From Candidatus Woesearchaeota archaeon (GTDB lineage Archaea; Nanobdellota; Nanobdellia; Pacearchaeales; GW2011-AR1): 64,000 bases of DNA. Where the stretch lies: the NCBI GenBank assembly GCA_964372205.1, contig CAYJQB010000001.1:141180-205179 (forward strand). Reading direction: 5' to 3'. This document shows positions 60,232 to 64,000 of the stretch, piece by piece. How positions within the stretch are numbered: position 1 is the stretch's first letter; each line of letters begins with the position of its first letter. Position numbers and translations under genes: made by a program. The notes beneath the pieces were generated by a model. That model did not search any database. It was not told where the DNA came from and saw only the letters and a list, made by a program, of their open reading frames with translations.

Positions 60232-60490
60232 TGTAGGCGGGGAGATTGCTCAGCTTCAGCTTGCTGGCTACCTTCCAGCCTTCCTCAACTTTGCACCCCT
60301 ATAAGCACCGAAACTTCTGTTTAGGGCTGCTCCGATCAAGGCCTGACCCTTTTCACAGGAGTACGGTCGAACAGGACAAAGCGTCAACGTCCGGCGGAAG
60401 ACCAAAAAGCCTCCACATCACGCACTCCTTTAAGCCTGCCATAAAGCCCATTTGCAGATAGCGCAGGGCTAGCGCGCCAGCTTGCCTACA
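60232..60490 (-). ncRNA. ffs: SRP (7S) RNA
   Basis: Terminal helix UGUAGGC/GCCUACA; helix-8 symmetric loop GGGUCAGG-CC..GG-AGCAGCCC; TATA box just upstream. Confidence 0.85.
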
Positions 60491-60510
60491 TAGTTCTCAT
60501 TCCCTCAGAC

Positions 60511-60525
60511 TTTTTAAAGCCTTTC
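60511..60525 (-). promoter_or_regulatory. BRE/TATA promoter for SRP RNA
   Basis: Minus strand GAAAGGCTTTAAAAA, 21 nt upstream of the RNA. Confidence 0.6.
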
Positions 60526-60567
60526 ATACAACAAAGGGCTTAAATAACCAAATTTGTCAGTTGGGAA

Positions 60568-61290
60568 ATGACCACCGCATCTTATCCAGGCAGAAGAGAG
60601 ACTACTATAGATGAAAGAGAAGCTCCTGCAACGATGCGTGGAATTCTAGAAAAATATGCCTCTGAGAATTCAAATGTTCCAATTGGGAGACTGATAAATA
60701 GTTTTGTCCAAAACGGGCAAAAAAGACTAGATTCAGAAGGAAATTATGATGAAAATGCAAATCTTCGTGCTCTAGAAACAAGAATTTTAGGAGAAACTGG
60801 AATGTTTTCAGACATTGGAAGAGCACAAGAGTATATAGTATTTGCAGAGTATCTGAAAAATCAGGCTTCAACTTTGGAAAATGGAGAATCTGAAAGAATG
60901 ATGCATCTGGCAAGAGATATAGAGAGACATTCCACCAAGTTCATGGATTCTTATAATGAACTTTCTAGTTATTCTACAAACAAAAAGAAAAACGCCTTGG
61001 AGAGACTAAAAGGCGTCAATGACGCTATAGGATTTATAGCAGAAGATAAGGGAATAAATAGTCGTTATATAAGCCTTTCACATATTACAAACAAAATGTA
61101 CGATATGTTAAATCTTTCAGACAGGCTAGGCATCAAGCTGGATAAAAAAGTGAAGAAAAAGATGAAAGAGACTGCAAGCCGTGCAGGTGATGAAAGAGAT
61201 TATGCTTCAGGTTCTAGGAAAAAACCAAGCAATTTCAAAAAATTCACAAGCTTTATGTGGACAAACACTTTTGGATTACTTGTAAGGTAA
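60568..61290 (+). CDS. hypothetical helical protein
   Basis: 240-aa ORF with upstream TTAAATAA. Confidence 0.7.
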   Translation: MTTASYPGRRETTIDEREAPATMRGILEKYASENSNVPIGRLINSFVQNGQKRLDSEGNYDENANLRALETRILGETGMFSDIGRAQEYIVFAEYLKNQASTLENGESERMMHLARDIERHSTKFMDSYNELSSYSTNKKKNALERLKGVNDAIGFIAEDKGINSRYISLSHITNKMYDMLNLSDRLGIKLDKKVKKKMKETASRAGDERDYASGSRKKPSNFKKFTSFMWTNTFGLLVR

Positions 61291-61325
61291 TTTCAATACT
61301 AAAGGTTTCACAAGATTTGATTTAT

Positions 61326-61598
61326 TCAATCTTCAACAATAACACGATAGTCATTCCAAGTCAAACCCTGACATACTTCTGCCAGTTCTCTTCCCAAAGG
61401 AATATCCTTTTCCCGCTGTACCCTCACAGCTCCTTCAGATATAATTGCAGGGCCATATCCTTGCCTTGAAACTATTACATCCGATCCATCAAAAATAACA
61501 CTTCCAGGGCTATAATGCTGTTTCAATCCAGAAATCAATATATTTCTTCTTTCAGCATGTTCAGCCAATTCTTGAGTTCTCGTAATGACTTCTACCAC
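61326..61598 (-). CDS. hypothetical protein (Arg-rich ORFan)
   Basis: 90-aa ORF overlapping the upstream stop; SD-like GAGGAAG. Confidence 0.65.
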   Translation of the reverse strand: MVEVITRTQELAEHAERRNILISGLKQHYSPGSVIFDGSDVIVSRQGYGPAIISEGAVRVQREKDIPLGRELAEVCQGLTWNDYRVIVED

Positions 61599-61774
61599 TG
61601 CTCTTCCTCTCCATTAATCTGTTCTTTTATTTGATTCAACTCCTGAATAGTCTTTCTGTCATCTCTCTCAATATTACTCCTAGGAGTCCTGAATGCAAGC
61701 ATTAGAAGCAAAATCAAGAAAATGAATACTAATACAACAGTGCTTATTCCCATCATTATCACCAAATTTTCCAT
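61592..61774 (-). CDS. small membrane-anchored protein
   Basis: N-terminal TM plus short coiled coil. Confidence 0.6.
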   Translation of the reverse strand: MENLVIMMGISTVVLVFIFLILLLMLAFRTPRSNIERDDRKTIQELNQIKEQINGEEEQW

Positions 61775-61814
61775 GACAGATTAACGCAAATCCGTGTTTT
61801 TAAAATTTGTGGCG

Positions 61815-63476
61815 CTACATCTCTTCCATAACTTCTATGCCAAGTAAATTCAAGGCATTCTTCAAAACTTGAGAAAATGCGTTCACAAGCCCTAATCTGA
61901 AGGATTCTTTTTCGCTTCCAATTACCTGTGCTTTATGATAGAACTCATTGAATTCTCTTGCTAACTCGTAAGAATAATTTGCAATAAGGTTTGGGGCAAG
62001 GCTTTCATAGGCATTCTTCACAATTCCAGGGAATTGCCCCAACATAGAGATTAGTTTTTTTTCGTCATTATCTATTTCAAGGATACTAGTCTTTTCTCCT
62101 TTATAATCAGCTTTCCTCAATATGCTTCTTGCCCTCGCATAGCTATACAGCAAATAAGGTCCTGTATTTCCTTCGAAACTTAAGAATTTCTTTATGTCAA
62201 ATATCGCATCAACTCCCCTGTAGTTCTTCATGTCTCCGTAGAATATGGCTGCGATAGCTATCTTTCTCGCGCGCGCTTCAAGCTCCTTCTCATCGAGCTC
62301 TTCTCTTTTACTTATCTCTTTTTTTGCAAGATTCAGTGTATCGGAAAGAACATCTTCCATGAATATTACCTTACCTTTCCTAGTGGCAAACTTTTTTCTA
62401 TCCTTATCAAGATAAAGTCCATGCTCAACATGCACACACTTTCCAGCCCAGGAGTGCCCGAGAAGTTCAAGTATTTTGAAAAGCTGCTTAAAGTGTAACC
62501 TCTGCTCACTACCGACTTCATATATCATCTTCTCAAATTTGTACTTCTCATACCTTTCAATAGCAGCTGCAAGATCTCTTGTGATATAAAGGGTTGCTCC
62601 ATCTTTTTTCTTTATCAAGGCAACTCCAAGACCGTATCTCTCAAGGTCGACTATCATAGCACCCTCGCTCTCTTTCAGTAGCTTTTTTTTCTCAAGCTCT
62701 TTCACAACATTTTCCATTTTCTTATTGTACAAAGATTCTCCAGAGATGACATCGAAATCTATCCCAATTTCATCATATATTTTCTCGAACTCTTTTAAGC
62801 TAAGTTCTCTGAATCTTTTCCAAAGACGCATCGATTCTTCATCACCGGTCTCTAATTTCCTGAACCAATCTCTTGCCTCTTCTTCATAATCTTCTTTATT
62901 TGATTTAATATAGATGTCTAGCAAATGTTTTATCGCATCTTTCTTCAATTCACTCTCCTTACCAAATCTTTTATATCCTACAATAAGTTTCCCAAATTGA
63001 GTTCCCCAATCTCCAAGGTAGTTTATCTTGATGGCCTTATATCCATTATACTCAGAAATTCTTGAAAGAGAATTACCGATTATAGTAGACCTCAAGTGCC
63101 CTATTCCAAATGGCTTTGCTATGTTCGGAGAGGACATTTCTATTATTACTTTCTTTCTTTTGCCCGAATCTTTGCTCCCATACTTGTCTTTCATCTTCTC
63201 TATATCCTTCAAGATATTCACAGCAAGCTCGCCCTTTTCGACAAAGAAGTTAACATAAGCCCCAGAAGCAACAACTCTCTCGAACTTATTTTTTTTTACT
63301 TTAGAGGCAATTTCCTTTGCTATATCAGCAGGATTTCTTTTCATGCTCTTTGCAAGAACAAAGCATGGAAACGCGTAATCTCCCATATCAGAATCTTTAG
63401 GTATTTCTATAAGACTTTCAATCTCACGTTTTGTTAGCTCAAGAAAACTCAAACTTTTTACAACCTCTGACTTCAT
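61815..63476 (-). CDS. argS: arginine--tRNA ligase
   Basis: SSPNIAKPFGIGHLRS, GDWGTQFG, LYITRDLA, FEGNTGPYL. Confidence 0.97.
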   Translation of the reverse strand: MKSEVVKSLSFLELTKREIESLIEIPKDSDMGDYAFPCFVLAKSMKRNPADIAKEIASKVKKNKFERVVASGAYVNFFVEKGELAVNILKDIEKMKDKYGSKDSGKRKKVIIEMSSPNIAKPFGIGHLRSTIIGNSLSRISEYNGYKAIKINYLGDWGTQFGKLIVGYKRFGKESELKKDAIKHLLDIYIKSNKEDYEEEARDWFRKLETGDEESMRLWKRFRELSLKEFEKIYDEIGIDFDVISGESLYNKKMENVVKELEKKKLLKESEGAMIVDLERYGLGVALIKKKDGATLYITRDLAAAIERYEKYKFEKMIYEVGSEQRLHFKQLFKILELLGHSWAGKCVHVEHGLYLDKDRKKFATRKGKVIFMEDVLSDTLNLAKKEISKREELDEKELEARARKIAIAAIFYGDMKNYRGVDAIFDIKKFLSFEGNTGPYLLYSYARARSILRKADYKGEKTSILEIDNDEKKLISMLGQFPGIVKNAYESLAPNLIANYSYELAREFNEFYHKAQVIGSEKESFRLGLVNAFSQVLKNALNLLGIEVMEEM

Positions 63477-63508
63477 ACCACTAATCCGAATATAGAATTA
63501 ATAAAACT

Positions 63509-63979
63509 TCACATTCCAATACATTTTCTGTATTTGAACATGCCTGCATATTTCAGAGCAAGTTTTGCAGAGGATGATTTAATCTCAACGATAACTTTTC
63601 CACTATTCAAACCTTGTTGCATAGCCGAGCAGAAGCTATTTGTTCCAATACTATTCACATATTCATCATCCATATAGATTATCAAATCAGGATTTTCTGC
63701 AGTTCCCAATTCAACACTATTTCTCCCAACAACATAATTCACATCTCCAAGTACTAAACCTATATTTGCACTTCTAGGTAAATCTGAAACAAAGTTGCTA
63801 TTTTCAAGAACATGTGGAAAGTTCTCTAAAGTAATTACTTGATTTCCTCCAGTGTTCACATTTCCTTCAAAGTCTTTATTAGTATACCATGTACCAAATG
63901 CGATTATCAAGACAGTAGCCAAAATCAAAAGTATAATCAAATACGTCCGGGACATCGATTTCTTAGGTTTCTTTTTCAT
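63509..63979 (-). CDS. membrane-anchored protein with an SCP2 (sterol carrier)-like domain
   Basis: N-terminal TM; V.LG.AENPDLIIYM...SGKV pattern resembles SCP2; judged by eye. Confidence 0.45.
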   Translation of the reverse strand: MKKKPKKSMSRTYLIILLILATVLIIAFGTWYTNKDFEGNVNTGGNQVITLENFPHVLENSNFVSDLPRSANIGLVLGDVNYVVGRNSVELGTAENPDLIIYMDDEYVNSIGTNSFCSAMQQGLNSGKVIVEIKSSSAKLALKYAGMFKYRKCIGM

Positions 63980-64000
63980 CTTTTTCCTTAATACCCTAAC

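Noticed and set aside
60246..60461. 71-aa plus-strand ORF
   Set aside because: Antisense to the SRP RNA

Overview
AT-rich, gene-dense chromosomal segment of a DPANN archaeon, most likely Pacearchaeota/Woesearchaeota-like (inferred from gene content and divergent archaeal rRNA; not tested by phylogeny). Housekeeping genes: rpl31e-rpl39e-rps19e, rps2, rpoK, exosome Rrp4/41/42, SBDS, proteasome alpha and beta, Pop5, RNase J, Mre11-Rad50, aCPSF1, TrmB, CCA enzyme, OapABC/ArvABC, RtcB, archease and ArgS. RNA genes: 16S, 23S, tRNA-Phe, tRNA-Ala, RNase P RNA and SRP RNA. A large type IV pilus locus lies at 49.3-59.7 kb. Most notable observations: (1) a 272-nt ORF-less group I intron at 23S position L1931; (2) several substitutions at normally near-invariant peptidyl-transferase-centre positions; (3) a 16S-tRNA-Ala-23S cluster split by ORFans, with a TATA-like box before each RNA; (4) pilins carrying cargo domains, one with a glycoside-hydrolase-like barrel and one with Ig/thrombospondin-3 modules; (5) scattered Lys-poor, Arg-rich ORFans, one resembling the bacterial RNAP alpha-CTD; (6) an ArmA/Rmt-like 16S methyltransferase inside the pilus locus; (7) a signal peptide put out of frame by an A10 tract; (8) structured 5' leaders on rps2 and the exosome operon; (9) a membrane-anchored SCP2-like protein. 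All calls come from reading motifs by eye; no database searches were run.
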